64,000 bases of DNA from Paraspadella gotoi (Eukaryota > Animalia > Chaetognatha): contig JBJCIZ010000744.1 in assembly GCA_051294375.1 (NCBI GenBank), positions 858,262-922,261 on the forward strand, in the 5' to 3' direction. Below, in pieces: positions 23,801 through 39,191 of the stretch (position 1 is its first letter; every line of letters starts with the position of its first letter). The position numbers and the translations under genes were made by a program. Below the pieces are notes generated by a model. It ran no database searches. It worked only from the letters and a program-made list of their open reading frames with translations, and was not told where the DNA came from.

Positions 23801-26800
23801 TTCCTTCTTGACGGGGGCGCCCTTCCCTTCGCTGTCAGAAGAATTCCAGAGCTTTCGATTGGTGCGACGGAAGCAATTAAAACAAAATAAACATGTCTGT
23901 ATATAACCGCTTCACGAGTTAGGCCTAAATGATTAGAAAAGTTACTATAATGGAGTCCTTCCGATTGGTAATCGTCTTGATTAAAAGTAAACGAAATAGC
24001 CTTCTGATTGGTCGTCTTGTAAAAGTAATCGAATATTGAGCCTTTCTTGATTAGTCGTTCTTGTAAAACGTTAATTTCAATGAAGATTGAGCCTTCTGAT
24101 TGGCTCGATACTTTTTACGTTATGATAGATTATCCTGATAATGAGGGAATCCGCTGGCCTTCTTCGAGTCGCGATCGTCGTGCCTTTCTGTCCGGCCCCG
24201 CGCCAGTCAACCGTTTTAAGAGGATGAAGAGGAGGGCAGGAAAGAGGAGGAGGTAAGAGGCGGGCGTAAGGTGATGAAGTGGCGTCCCAGGTCACTTTAG
24301 AGGGGCAAAGAAAGAAAGGGCGGTGAGTTTTAACAGAGGCCACCCCCAATATTTCTGTTTGCCGTGAGAGAGAGAGAGAGAGGAGAATGGACACACACAC
24401 AAAAACGACCATGCGTCAAACGGGGGTTCGAACTGAGATAACATCCGTGGTTCACGTGACTTCTTCGTGTCCGAATCGGCGTGTACCTAGTCACGTGAAT
24501 TTCCGTCGGATCGGCTCGACTCGTAACGCGGTTGGTGTAACGCGAGCGCGACGGGCGGAGGGTAACGCGGACACTAGGACGGAACGTGGACGGTTATCGA
24601 AAAATTGATTGCGAAACGTAAAACATAAAAGAGACCTGAAAAAAGACGCAACAGAGGACACTCACTATAGATAGGTGGTAGGAAGGCCACGTTACTTCTG
24701 GGAGGTGAATAAACGATGACTGTGAGAGAGTCTTGATTGAAAGCTTGCAGGGACTGCGGTATGATTTCATTAAATCTTTGTAATGGAGTGATGGAGGCCT
24801 TTTAAACTCACAAAGCCTGTTCCAATTAAGTCAGCGGTCAAGATAGTCTTATTTATTAAATGAGCTATGGATAATTTATTATATTGAAGTATTGTACAAT
24901 TTCAGTTATAATTTATATGCATTCCAAAGTTTTAAAAAAAGATTGAAAAATGATTAAATTATCCGGTTTTCTCCGAGCGTTTTAAAAAACAATTATTGAC
25001 GACTTTATAAATACAAAAATTTATAAGATAAGCTCAAATGGTTTTTATTTGTACGAAGGAATTTATTTTATTTTGGCCCGAAAAAAAAATTATAAAAAAA
25101 CTCGGTCTATAAAAATGAAAAACCAAACACCATTAATTGTTTCCACATACCTGGTCTTATGTACAGATCCTTCATTTTTTTTTTTCATTTAAACAAAAGA
25201 GACAATTCCGAAGCCCCGTCGTCTTTTCACTTTTGAAAATCAAACCGGGAGTACTCTCTGTTGGTATCAGACAAAATAAGCGAGATCTTGCTCCTTTTAA
25301 ATTTTTTATTATTGAAAAAAAAAAGAAAATAATAAAAAAAATATACCCTTTTTTAATGGTTTAATTTAGTTTTAAAAGTTAAAATAATTAATATAAAAAG
25401 TTTGTTTACCCCATTCAAAATTTATAGTTTTATTATGGATTTAATCATAAATTGTATTTATTTAAACCCCGGAATTTGTGTGCTGCTGGAGTTGTGAATT
25501 TTACCCCCAATTTTTTTAAAGATATAACAAGATGTTCAAAGAAAAAAAAATTCTTGAAAGACAAATAAAGTTTTAAACTTTTTTAAAGAAAAAATGAACT
25601 GCATAATCCTTTCGATTAAAGTCTGGTTATAACCCAAGAGGGAAGAAAAAGATATCACTCAGTTCAAAATTAAAAAAAAAGAATTTGTAAAGATGTTAAA
25701 AGGAAAAAATGGATGATACCATTGTCAATAGGATGTTTGAATTAGAACGCCTCTCCACCCTGTTCTTTTATAATTAAATAGTTTTGAATGTAAAGAAACA
25801 TTTTAAAAAAACAGATAGCTTAAGCACAGCTCATGGCCATATCCGCCAAGCACCAACCATCAAGCACCAAGCACACAATTCTCACCGCCGGCGAAAGATA
25901 GATAATCAATGAAAATATGAAAAGCGTCGAAGATGTAATTTCTGTCTCGTGCTTTTCTCGGAGCTTAATAAGAAAAGCGTAAAAAATGATGGAAGGTCAA
26001 GGAACTCCGGGGGGAAGAAAATATATGTGGGATTGTGGAAAGAGGGCCCGATCCTGGAAGAATGTTCGCTGGGGAGTTCTTTTATCAGAGGCATCGCCCA
26101 AGGGAGGAGAGAGAGAATATAGCGTGATGTGTGATAAAGAAAATAAATAAAAACATTTTTCCATATATTTCCTTTTCAAAAATTTCAAATAACGTTCGGT
26201 TTTTGGAATAGTTATTAATAATTTTGGAGTAGAGAGCACGAGAGATGAGAGATGAGACGGGAGAGAGTGAGGACGAGAGAGAGGAGCGAAGAGATAGAGA
26301 AAAGATTGAAGTGAGAGCGATGAGAGAGAATTTATCAATTTTTTTTTAATTAAATAGACAACCCAGTAATTTTTATTAAATTTTTAATTATAGAATGAAT
26401 AAAAATTAGAAATTAAGAGAGAGAATGTACGAAACCCGAACAAGGACATGGAGAGGGGGGCGGAGGAAGGAAGAGTAAGTAGAAGAGAGAGTTAAGAACA
26501 GAAATTCTGGAGAAGAAGAGAGAGTGACCTGAATTGTCAATCTTACGTAAACATTACATATTATGTAGCTATAAACCTGACACTTTAAATAAGCGGCACG
26601 ACGACGACGCATCGAAGAAAAACAATAAACTACACAGTACATTTTAATATGTACAGAGACCTGTGTGAGCGAGCTGACACTATAAAATAAAGAAATGGCA
26701 CGGCGACATCTGCTCATTAGAGCCGATAAAAAAACTATTAATATAATACTGCCGCATGAGGCGTATAGATGATGTGATGATCTGTGATCCGTCAGTGAGT

Positions 26801-27479
26801 CCCACGAGGGTCTGTGCCTATATGTGGAGTTAAGCCATCAGCTTCTGTCTGTCTCATTGACCTAGTGAGGGATACGATGGGTGATTTGGAGAATCCCGAG
26901 AAGCGACGAGATAAGTTGAGCACGACAGCAAGGGAATCGTGAGGACGGTCCAAACCGTGTTATGGAGTGACCACGGAGGTGTACGAAAGCCACGGGATCC
27001 GTTGACCGTGGTGCTGTAGAGGGGGTTGAAAACTTGCGGATAGCAGTCTTCCAGCCACTTAGCGCCTGATCACACATAACTAAATTTTAATATTTCATAT
27101 GTATAAGATAGTAAATGTGATAATTGCTAGGATCTAACGTGAGATGTAACAATTTGAACAGGTTGCTAAGAAAATTAAGATTCAAAAATGGCGCTTGGTA
27201 GAAAAAGTTGAGAAACCCCTGTGGTACAATTCATTTTTAGACCTTTCGATTTATTTATATATGTAATAAACTTTTCCGTCTTGACCGACTTTTGAATGTA
27301 TAAGTTCATATATGACAACTCCGTGCTTCGATTACAACATTTATAAGACTTTGACATAGGAGGAAGAAATATGGGGGTTCTTTCAAAGTAATCTTAGTTA
27401 CCGAATATATAAAAATAAATTATACTAAAATATATGAGAAAAGTTTGTGATAAAAAAACTAAGTTCAGAACTGTGTACG

Positions 27480-28663
27480 TGAAAAAGTTAATAATATTTA
27501 TATCAAGTGAAAGCTTTTTAAAAGTTTTAAAAAATTGAATAAGATGACACGTATACCATTTTGGTAGTTTTAAAACTGACTTCTCAGGACCTTGGTAAAA
27601 AAATTTGACTATCTATTTAACATTATTAAGATATTAAGTAAACTTTCGTAATTTTTTTTTTCAGTGTTTCTTTTGGCACTTATCAATATATATTATATGA
27701 AATTGGTACAACCAATATAAAAATTATCCATTCATTTAATAAATAAGCTATCTTGCCCCTGGCTTTGGTGGTTTAAGGCCTCCATCACTCTTACAAGATA
27801 ATGACATAGCAGGTCCCTGCAAGCTTTCAATCAAGACTCTCTCACAGTCTCGTTTATTCACTCCCAGAGTTCAGAGTACCTATGAAATTGGTACAACCAA
27901 TATGTTAGTGAAATTATTATTGCTTATCCGAGCAATGAATTGGGAAAGCTGAATTTTATCGGTTTTATTTCAGACGTCTTTCTAGTATAAAATTGGCTAA
28001 ATTATAATTATAAATAAAAGCGTGAATATCTTGGGTACGGATATCTCTTTTTGAAAATTGAAACTATGTTTTCGAAAGAGGAATTTTTTTTATTGGCGGG
28101 TTTCAAATTTTAACCATTTAACAATTTCCCCATCAATGAAGTTGCATAAGATTTCAAAGAATGTTTCAATTGTATGAAAAGAACAATCCTTAATGTATAA
28201 ATTTTCGTTTTAGCAGGTGCTCAATAAAAAATTTCTTCCCCTATCCCTACTTAATAAGTAGTACTTATGTACTTCACCACTGCAAATAGTATGGAAATAT
28301 ATTTGGCGAAAAAACTAATGCATTTAGTAAATCTCAATAAATCTCATCTCAATCATTCAACTATATAAACTAGTCTAAAGCAAAAAAAAAAAATCAAAAA
28401 TTCAAAAAGGAACAGAAAAGTATATTTAATAGTAAAATGTCAAAATTACTGCATTCTGGTAGTTTTCAATTTTAGTACAATACAAGTGGATAATAATACT
28501 TATAACTAGTATAAGTAAAAGAAAATTACTATTTGAACAAACGACAAAATCTCTAAAATTTCAAAAATTTCTGAACTAACTTTTGTTTCAAGCAACCAAC
28601 AAAGCTAAAAAAATGTAAGTATCAAATCAGTTGGATAATCTCCTCTTTTAAATCACCTCCTTT

Positions 28664-28701
<38 letters not shown>

Positions 28702-29698
28702 CCTCTCTCTCTTTCTCTCTCTCTATCTCCAACTCGATTCCAAACTTTTGCTCCCAAATTTTCGCGATTTCTTCGAGAAAAGATTCACGCGAATTCAAAG
28801 TTTCGAATCCAAGAACGACGGGTTCTGATTGGTCGAAAAGAGAANNNNNNNNNNCCTTTGTCTTCCACTTCCTCTCAACAATTTTCCTCTTCCTCTTCAT
28901 CCCAACAATTTTCCTCTTCCTCCTCCCCTTTCCCTTGATNNNNNNNNNNNNNNNNNNNNNNNNNNNNNNNNNNNNNNNNNNNNNNNNNNNNNNNNNNNNN
29001 NNNNNNNNNNNNNNNNNNNNNNNNNNNNNNNNNNNNNNNNNNNNNNNNNNNNNNNNNNNNNNNNNNNNNNNNNNNNNNNNNNNNNNNNNNNNNNNNNNNN
29101 NNNNNNACAATTTTCCTCTTCCTCCTCCCCTTTCCCTTGATCTTCCTCTTCCTCCCAACAATTTTCCTCTTTCTCCCCTTCCCCTTCCTCACCGTCTTTC
29201 TCTTCCTCCTCCGTCTCGACGCTGGCGACTTCGACAACTCCGATTCGTCGTCGGACGACGAACTGCGGCGCTGACGCGACTTCCTGCGGCGGAGGCTGCG
29301 CCGAGAGGCGGGGGAAGGGACGGTGGAAATTCTCGTGGAGGAGGAAGAGATCCCCGGCGGAGAGGACGAGCGTGACGGGGGAAGGAGGAGAGGGAGAGGA
29401 AGAGGAGGAGGAAAGATCGAAAGCGAGGAAATAATGAAAGGGAAATCCATTGTCGTCGATGTCGTTGTCGATGTCATCATCGGGATCTGAAAAATAATAT
29501 TTGTAAAAAAATTAGATATGAAAATTGATCAGTTCTCTTATCAGGTAATATTACAATCACAATTTAATAATAATAATAATTTTATAATAAGGGTTATAAC
29601 AAAGTCACTGTAAACCTCATTAAGAACTAATTTTATAATCGTTATTCCATTGGAGATTTAAATTCACCTTGGTCGCCTCTGATTGGTCCCCTTTTATC
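27480..29698 (+). repeat. Duplicate of about 39820-42583
   Basis: Colinear near-identity, interrupted by N gaps at 28845-28854 and 28940-29106. Confidence 0.9.
28622..29698 (-). pseudogene. STK11IP: Duplicated 3' exons of STK11IP (partial copy or haplotype duplicate)
   Basis: Encodes DPDDDINDDIDDNGFPFHYFLAFDL...VTLVLS and the terminal LFDQSEPVVLGFETLNSRESFLEEIAKIWEQKFGIELEIE, matching 40957-42583; no upstream exons are present. Confidence 0.7.
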
Positions 29699-29719
29699 CG
29701 AGAGAGAAAGAGAGAGAGA

Positions 29720-32700
29720 TTTCATTTAACACAACGAAAATCCGACTGCGATTCCTTCATAGTATAATAGATAGTCATCAAGTCTAAATGTTATCTTGGA
29801 TTTTACTCCACTTGGAGTTCGTCGGATGTTCGCACGATAGTGGTTGCAAAAATTCGTTTACCGTATCTTTTCAATGCTTAGGAAGCACTTAAATCACGCA
29901 AACAATGATGTTGTTCAGACCAGATGTAAGATGAAGACATCGAGCCTCACTTATGATAATTAAAGGCCTTTACCTGGAGAATTATGAAGTTATACCAGGG
30001 TGGACCCTATATAGGGTAGCCGCACTGGCAGGGGTGAGTCATAAAATGTAGAGTGAGTAGCATCAGCCAGACAAAAATTTTAAGTATACTCTGTCAATGG
30101 AGCAAAAATTCTTATAGTGGCCTATGACCTTTTAGTAACATGTTATTTTTAATATTGTATTTAAAGAAGTAGGAAAAGTGCCCAAATTTTTTTTTAAACT
30201 TAATTTAAGACAAGTTACGAAGATACCTAAGTGTGTCTACACAAAGGATAATATGTATTTAAAAAATATTTATATACATAATAGGCGTCAAAATAATTGA
30301 AAAAACGCGTCCATCATGCATTATCTTTTGATGATTTTAATATAGTTTTTTTAGAATTTTTGTGAAAGAGAAGAACCGAAGAATTTTAAAAGCTGTAATT
30401 ATATTCCTTGGTTTCATTTTTACTGGCTCTATCAGAATCCATCAAAAAATTTTTAAAAATTTCCAAAAAAAAATTTTTTAGTCTGGACGTGGATCAATCA
30501 GTCGCGCTCATTTCACAGATCCGACTCTATAATTCTACTTTGTCGGCATTCGACATTATATCAGTCAGACATCGAATTATGATAAATTATGCAAAAAAAC
30601 GAATGTCCGTCCGTCCGTCCGTCGTTCCTGGCTCGATCAGCGAGGCCGCTGTGAATTTCGCACGTCATCCACCTCTAAGCTCTAATAGTGTCCGTCCCGT
30701 CCGTCTGTCCGTGCCGTCCGTCCGTCCCATCCTCAGCAAAAAACTGCCGATGACTCGTGGATGTGGATAGATTGGATATTGGAATGAAAATTTGTGTGTG
30801 GTAGTGGAAGAGGATGATTAGTGTGGATATGAAGTTTCGATGGAATCGTCTGAGTGGAAGATGAGTTAATGGAAAAGAACAAAAAATATATTTCACTATT
30901 TGAACCAAGTTTACTCATCGTAGTGATTTAGGCGGATTGACATTGAAATTGTATTTAGGGTAGAAAAAGTGTGTGATTAAACGGAAATCCATGTTTCGAT
31001 GGAATCGTATTGAGTGGAACTAGTTTATGAAAAAAACAAAGAATCTGTTTCACAACTAATTGATTAATGCTTCTTTCTTTTTATTTTAAATCGGCAATTA
31101 CAGGTATGGTGGGAATAAAACCACCAACCGTTCAATAGCAGCGCCCATTGGTGCGCGGAGGCAATCATTAACACTCCCAACCCAAAGGTCCCGGGGTTCT
31201 AGCCCGGTGTGTCGTTAGCAGTTAAGAGGGACGAGGCCCTACCAGCCTGTAAAACGTTATACAAGCCTGATCAGAAGCGCAGGGACTGCCTTATATGAAC
31301 GGTTCTGTCACCAACTCATAACAAATAACTGTCTCTTCAACATAATAAAATAATTAATAATTTTCTATTCTATTTCTTCTCACTTGTAATATCGTATGAT
31401 TCACTGTTTTGTTTTCACTGGTGCCTCTGACTTGATGACTGGCGACTTTTCGAGTCAAAGAGGATTTCCTTCTTCTGTCAGCGAGCAAGAATCAGCAAAT
31501 CTTCAGTGTTGATCAACAAACGCCCAATTTTGAAAAAATTTATGTCCGGCCAATTGAGACGATTAGGAATTCCAGGATAAGTGACTGTAGAGTTTTTCAA
31601 GATTAAATTAATTCCCTTTGGCGATTTTACAATCCCGAATTACAGTGTAATATGCCATTGAAGTCGAGACAATCAAAGAGTGAATCGGATAATCGGTTAT
31701 GAGTGAGATAAAATCGAAAAAATGCTGTACTATTAATTCGGAAAAATCTCTGTCAATAGCTATTTGCTATGATTTGACGATATCTGGAGGACATGAGAGC
31801 AAACGTTTATGTTCCGCAAAATGAGATGTTGACATTGCACGGAATCTCAAAATCATCATTGGCGACTATGTAACGCCTCGGGATATCCGACGTGATATGA
31901 GGTCGAGCGGAATAGGATGAGGGGACGTCTCTTCTTATCACACAATGACTAACATATCTTTCTTTATCGCATTCTGTGTTGTCCATAAAATAGCAACAGT
32001 GCAACGAAATGTAGAGAGAACAAGTCAAGTCAGTTTTTTGCGTCGATGTTGGGCGCTTCTAATGGTTCAATAGACAAACAGCCGTCAAAATAGCAACTTA
32101 ATATCACTCTCTAAGATTACGATGATAAAACTGAAAACTGACATGTCCGTATTACCCTGCTCGTCAAGATATTTGCTTCATGAAGACTAAGTCTAAGTAA
32201 GACTCAACTTCTTACTATCAGTCAGCGCGATGTCTACTTTGAGAGAAGAAAAAGTTCCTCTTCCCCAGGATTTTATAAATCCAGTGAAGCGAGATTTCAC
32301 ATTGCTGAGGAAAAACTGGCTTCTGCACAAGTGCAGTCATACTGATTATTAATTTTGCCTTATCCTCAAGTAAGTTCATTCCTGATTATTTTCTTTCTCG
32401 TTCTTTGTACGTTCCTTCTGTGCCGTTATGTACCACTAAACTTCAGTCTGTTCTCAATAAATGCGATATATATTCTCTCCGACTCATTGCCATACACCAG
32501 GGGCAAATGGGAAATATCAAGGTATAGTTTTGAAATTTGTAGACTCAATAAATCCTGCAATCAATCAAGGCACAATAAGCGACAGTGTACAGCTGCGAGT
32601 AAAGGTATCTTTTTAGTATCCATGAATAGAATGTATCACTTACTCGCATTCATTGTTTTTAAATATGTAGTCCTTTCTATCTGAATCTTTAGTGAAAGGA

Positions 32701-35700
32701 AACTTTTAATAATTTCCTCAAATTTTTTCGCTGATTCAAGTCATCTGGATTCTTGAACTCAATCTCTCTATGCTCCTATTTCCAAAACTTCTTTGCCTTC
32801 AGGTCGAGTGGAGAAAGATTAATTGCGCTTTTTGAATAGAAAGACTACTTTCTTCATATGAATCGCATTGCGCCAGTTTGATCTTTGCTTTCATCAAGAA
32901 CTCGTCGATCACCACAAAATCGTTGTCTTGTTTGCTGATTAAATAATTTCCTGCAGGACAATCACTCGTTTTGAAAACTGAGAATGGGGCCCAGAGTATT
33001 GAGTAGCATATTTTCGAACAAGTCTTTTTACTAATCAACATCTTTCATATCTATTTCTAATTACAGCATAGTATTCTTGAAGGTATTTTTCGTTTGCCCA
33101 TTCAAACATCAGTTTTTTTTGAGGATAAAGGTCTTTCCTCTTCCTCCTCCTGCAGCGATAACGACTCTCTTTTGTTTGTTCTTCAGACATTTGGATTCAA
33201 TCATATCTAACATAGTATTAAAGTCTGTGTAGTTGTAAAGTTCATCATCATTTTCTTGTTTCATTTTCTTGGAGAGGATTATAGTCGATATTGGTTCATT
33301 TCTCGTCACCTGAATCTTTCAGTCCTGTTCAGTGAGAGATGTTGGTAATATGCTCGCTTTGATGAAATCAAATTCTGAAAATGAATCTTGACTAGTAAAC
33401 TGGTTGGTAATTAATCATTGTCAGATTACCCACAGTTTTTAATTTGGGGGTTCAGTTTTTATTGTATTTTTTTGTTTTGTCTTTGTCTCTTTTGGTTGTC
33501 TCTGTCCCTTTTTTCGTTGTCTCTGTCTCCTTTTTGTTGTCTCTGTTCTTTTGTTAACTTAAATGGGAAGGATGATTGAACTTTATCGGCATTTTCAGCT
33601 TAATTTCAGTTCCAGGACAGTAAATTTGGCTGCGTTTTTGATTTAAAGCTGAATTCAGTCTGAAATCTCTCGGCTAATTTGTTTCCTTTTTGCAACTGAT
33701 GAAATCTTTAGTGTTTCAATAGTTGACAGAATTTTGTTTCCATTTTTTGCTAATTCCTCTGATGTGGAAAACAAGCAGTGATTTGTAAAGTTAGCAAAAA
33801 GTATTCAAAACTTCTAGAGTTGCTGCAGTTTTAACGCGAATGAGCATGTTTATTTCTAAAATCAACTAATGCAGTAAACCTCCTTTTTTTTGTGATAAGG
33901 TTGATCACGTTATCGATAAATGTTATATTCACACAGAAGAAAACAACGGGATATTCTTGCCATTTATATGAGGCTCGGATGTTTGATCATCATAAAATCT
34001 ACATTCACACACTTTTTCATAATTTTCAGAACCCAGTCTTTCCATAAATCTCCATTCTCCCATTCTTTCTTTGTTTTTTCTTCCAGTTTGATTCTTAAAT
34101 AAACCTGAGCCATCACTTGAGAAAAATTCATTGCCTGAATCCATACGAGTCCGACGAATTTGTGGTTCAGTGTATAATTCACGAGATTTGAGATCAGGGT
34201 TAACGTCTTTACAATCTTCGTGAATTCCACTGGTTGATTCCTCTGTTGGATAATTGGGAGAATGTTCTATGGGAGTCGCTTTTGGTGATTCTTGATCATC
34301 GGTGCGTAGTAAAGGTTGACCAGAAGTTGAATCAGAAACAGGTTTTTTTTTTCTTTCTTCTTTTCTTTTTCTTTTTCTTTTCCCCTTCATTGTTCAAAGT
34401 TTCTTCAGACGCGGGAGCTGAGAACTGAAGTCATTTTCTTTTGAGATTCTGAAAAATCTTGAGCTGGAATTTCCAATGATGCTTCTGACGAAGGAACTGA
34501 AGCGTCGGCCGCTTCCGCCATCTTAGTTGAATTGAGAGAAGTCAATGAGTTTGAAGAAAGGCATCGATCGTTCTAGGAAAGGAAAAGAAGGCTATAATAA
34601 TTAGTAAAATAAATTTAAATTTAAATCATTTAAACCTAAAAGTGTGTCTTACCTATTTAGTACAAATTCATTAATGAAGAAATAGTTTGAGGCCAAAGAA
34701 AACCGAATGGATCTGCAAATAAATGGTGAAGTTATTCTCCTAATGTTGTTTAAATCTAGTTAATTAAGTTAATTAATTGGGTGTTTACATAACTAATGAG
34801 TACATCATAATTTAATACTCGCTAATTGTCCAGGGTTATATATTTTATATATTTTCTCTCTCTCTCTGAACTCTGGGATAATAAATGTTCAATTATTTAT
34901 CCTCAATTAAACGACTTTTTGCGGGGATATAAATGTAACTGCTGAAGATACAGTGATTATTATTATGAAATTGGTACAACCAATATAAAAATTATCCATT
35001 CATTTAATAAATAAGCTATCTTGCCCCTGACTTTGGACAGGCTTTGGTGGTTTAAGGCCTCCATCACTCTTACAAGATAATGACATAGCAGGTCCCTGCA
35101 AGCTTTCAATCAAGACTCTCTCACAGTCTCGTTTATTCACTCCCAGAGTACCTGGCTTCCCTATCAATGAAGTGGTATAATATTCAAAGAATGTTTCAAT
35201 TGTATGAAAAGACCACTCCTTAAGTATTATGTGTTAATGACAGAAACGTTCAATGTAAGCAGTCCCTGAGATTCGGATCAGGATGTAACACCATGTTACA
35301 CGAGGGGTGTTAAGCGCCCATATCCCTCTTAACTGCTTGGCGACCACCGAGCGAGAACCCTGGGACCTTTGGGTTGGGAGGCGAATGACTTGCCTCCGGC
35401 ACCAATGGCCGCTGATGAACGGTTGGTGAATTTTAGTCCACCATACCGCGCCTAATAGCAGTGGGTCCTAAGCCACTACGCAAACAATTATGATATAGAC
35501 GTTTGTCAATGATTTGACGATCTTCTGTTAAGTAAAGAATATAAGTTTTAAAATTTGAAACGTAACTTACCTCAAAGCAGAGTAAGTCAGTCTTTAATTT
35601 TCATCGAATCTCGATTTGCGTCTCAATGATTTGACTTCGTTTTGCGATGAGACTAAGATTTTCAAAAGAAAATGAATAAAACGAATTAACTGTAAAAAAA

Positions 35701-38700
35701 TATGAATACATTTCTAAACATTGAAAAACACGTGATTGAGGGTTTAATACAAAGTGGATGAAAAATAATTTAACAAAAACAAGGAACAAATTTACTCACT
35801 GGTAATATTCCATATTCTTCTGAAGTTGACGTGTAAACTTTGAAAAACATTGGTTGCAAACGTCTGAAATTCATATTTAATTGAATAAGACTATTGCGTA
35901 AAAGCCATAGTTGTAAACCATATTAAGAATGCTAAATACTATATTTCTATTTACCTTAGGATAAAAATCTCCCAGATATAAAATACTTATGACGAGCGAA
36001 CTATTTTACAATCGTTGTCCTTGATTTTAAAAAATTCGATCTCCAACTTCCACTTTTCATTCCGGTTTTTATCTCAGGGATCGAAGTCGAGCACTCTCTA
36101 AAGAAAATTTGGGTAAAATTCTGTAACATCAAATTCATAAAGAGTCATTTACATAAACTCAAAGTAAATATCTCAGTTTATTAAACTTCTCTCCAAGGAA
36201 ACTCTGCCGTCAGGTCACGGATCTGAAGTTAGTCAACGCGCGTCGCTGCCGAGAGTCAATGCTACGAGGTTGCGAGGCGACAGTCAGGCTTGGTCATTTG
36301 TCATTTTCGTTGGTGTCATTTGACACTTTATGAGAACAACTGGTCATTTTGGCCTGTGTCAATGATCAATTTGGATCAGTGTCACTGGCCACTGGTCGCT
36401 TTGTTTGCAATTTCTAATTTTCCTTTTCTTTTTTCTCTCCACTTTTCTCTTTCCACTTTCCACTGATTCTACCTGTCGAGGAACTCAGTAGTCAGCCTGC
36501 CTCGCCAGGCGTATCTCCGTCCTATGATCCGTCGCCGCCATTACTGGGGAGACCTGCCGCTCAACTATGGTCCCCTCGTCGCGCGGAAGTGGGCGCGGCC
36601 CGCAATCCAGCGCCCTTTGGTGGCAGCCGTCGCGAGTGACGCCGAGACCACGTTATGGTCCGCGAGGATTCTTGTTCAAGTCCCGATCTGATGTAGAGCT
36701 CCGTATTGCAAGTCAGATAGTGCGTGGCGATGTGAGACTCAACAAGTCCTAATATGCCCACCGTTGACTAAGACCGTCTAGCTGTCATCTGCTACAAGTG
36801 GTGACAAGACGTGCTGAGTGACAACATGTCTCATGTCCCGTAAAAAGGCCGTTTTGGGAGCGGGACCGAAGTTCTCAGTGACTGGTCTCTCTGTGAAACG
36901 TGAAGGTAAAGAGCATAGAAAGTAGCAATCCAGATAGACTTCAGTAGACAAAATGTAGAAAACGAATCATGATGAGTAAGGTAACAGAGATGAAGCACTG
37001 CATCTCTCAACACTACCCGCGAATCGCGATACGCAAATTTAGTTTTATCAAATTATGTATTTTGGCCAAATTTTGACTAAATTAAAAAACCAGTTGAGTC
37101 ACTGACGTTCAGGTGTTTTTTTTTTTAACTTTGATATTTTTTCTCTCCTCTTTATCTCTCTCTCTCTCTCTCTTCATTTCTCGTCCTTCGCAAAAACTAA
37201 ATAATTCGGCCTTAGAACCGCGTAAAGTCAAGTGAAGAGGAGCAAAGTCGAGTTTAGTGGAGAGGCGAGAGTGCAGCTGATAGAAACTTTTAAGTTTAGT
37301 TGAATAATAATGAAAAAATGAATAAATTTCGGCTCACGATTCACTCTGTCAGTTCGTGGTCCCACCCCAAAATATTGTCGGAAAGTTAGGACTTAAATCA
37401 TTTCAGAACATCAAATTATGATAAAGTATGTAAAAAATTGAAGTCCGTTCATAGTCCTTCGTCTGTCTGATTTTACTTGAATTTTTTTGTGTGTGGGAAG
37501 GAAAGTGTGTGATTGAGCTGGAAATCAAGTTTTGATGAGATCGTCCGAGTGGAAATGAGTTTATAAACGAAATTAATTATTTGATTAATTAATTATTTAA
37601 TTAATAAGGAGAGAGAAAAAGGTAAGATAAGAATATGGAGCTGTCAAACATAGAGAGAATAATTAATTAATTATCTGATCAGCTGCTTATTGAAAATGAT
37701 TTGCTGATTGTTTGCTCAATTGTTAGATACTTGTGCATGTTAAAAGTTTTGTATGATTTTGCGTTAGATTTAACTATCGGTAGGGACTGCGGAGGCACAA
37801 AAATTTTTGTATTTTCTTTCTGGTGCTTCCATGGATTTAAACCTTTAATACCCCTTTAACCCACAAACGTCAATTGATCATTGATTGCCATTTTGATTGG
37901 TAATTTTTTTAGAGTACGAGGCAAGCAATGAACGCGCTGACCATTTATGCTCATCATCAATTTCTGCTCTTCTTTTCATGAGTCACATTTTTGAACAAAA
38001 ACCTTTCACAATTGTAAATATCTATAAGCAATTCATAACCCTTTTTTTTGCTCATAAAGATGAATAATACTAATTTTTTCTTAATTATAATTTATAAATG
38101 CTTGTATAAAATAAAAATCTATAATAATTTCAGCTTTTTACTTAATAGTATGGCGCAAAAAGGCATAAAATGGCGCTACGGCCACACCACGTTTGGTCTC
38201 ATATCCTCCCTTTCCCCCGCCTTTTAATTTCAAAACAATTTCGTCGATTTTTGTAAAAATTTCAGTAAACGTTCCCACGAAATGAGTCTGTATTTTCATG
38301 GTAAAAGTTTAAAAAAATATTTTATCAATGCCAATATATTTAATAAAATAATAAATGAAAATATGAGACATATATACTAAACAATTGGAATTTTCTTTAA
38401 AAGAAATATTCGCTTCAGTGAAGAAACCATCACTACGAAATCTCGACTCGGTATATTAGATTTGTTTTTATTTAAATATTAATAATTTTAAAACTAGTAT
38501 AATTCGTGTTACATTTAAATAAAAAGAAAACTATCAGTTGATTGTACGTACCATTGCGCTAATATTCAAAACTCAAATAGATTTTTTATTGAAAAGCAGA
38601 ATATTTTGGGAACTCAAATGATATCGAACAAAGACAAGGACGACGACGAATATAATAACGAAGACGACGACGAAGTCTTTGTACTTTGTGACCCGTAGTG

Positions 38701-39143
38701 GTCAGTAAGAATGACCGTTCATATCCAAACAAAATGACCTTGTTATGGCTGACCTTTTCCAGCCAATATAAATATGTATTTGTTGTTGTTGTTATTTTTA
38801 CCTTTATGATTTTTACTCTGTTTTCCGTCAATACATGTTTTCTCTTCTCACAAAAAATACGTCTCGAATTTTTCTCTAAATTCTGAGTTCTAAATTTTGA
38901 GTCACCGCATATTCATTATTTTGTTTGAGACCCAAAAGGCTCAAAAAATACTAACGGTTCTTGAAAACTAATGAAAGCGGAAAAACTTGTTCTGTTTCGC
39001 TCAGTTGGTTTATGCTACTTTCGTTTTAAATTACGATCGAGAGAAATAGAAAGATTTTCAAATTTAAATAATGACAACAATATTTTATATTAAATTTTAT
39101 AATTTGAGTTGAGAGAGAGAGAAACGAAAAGGAATGAGAGGGG

Positions 39144-39191
<48 letters not shown>

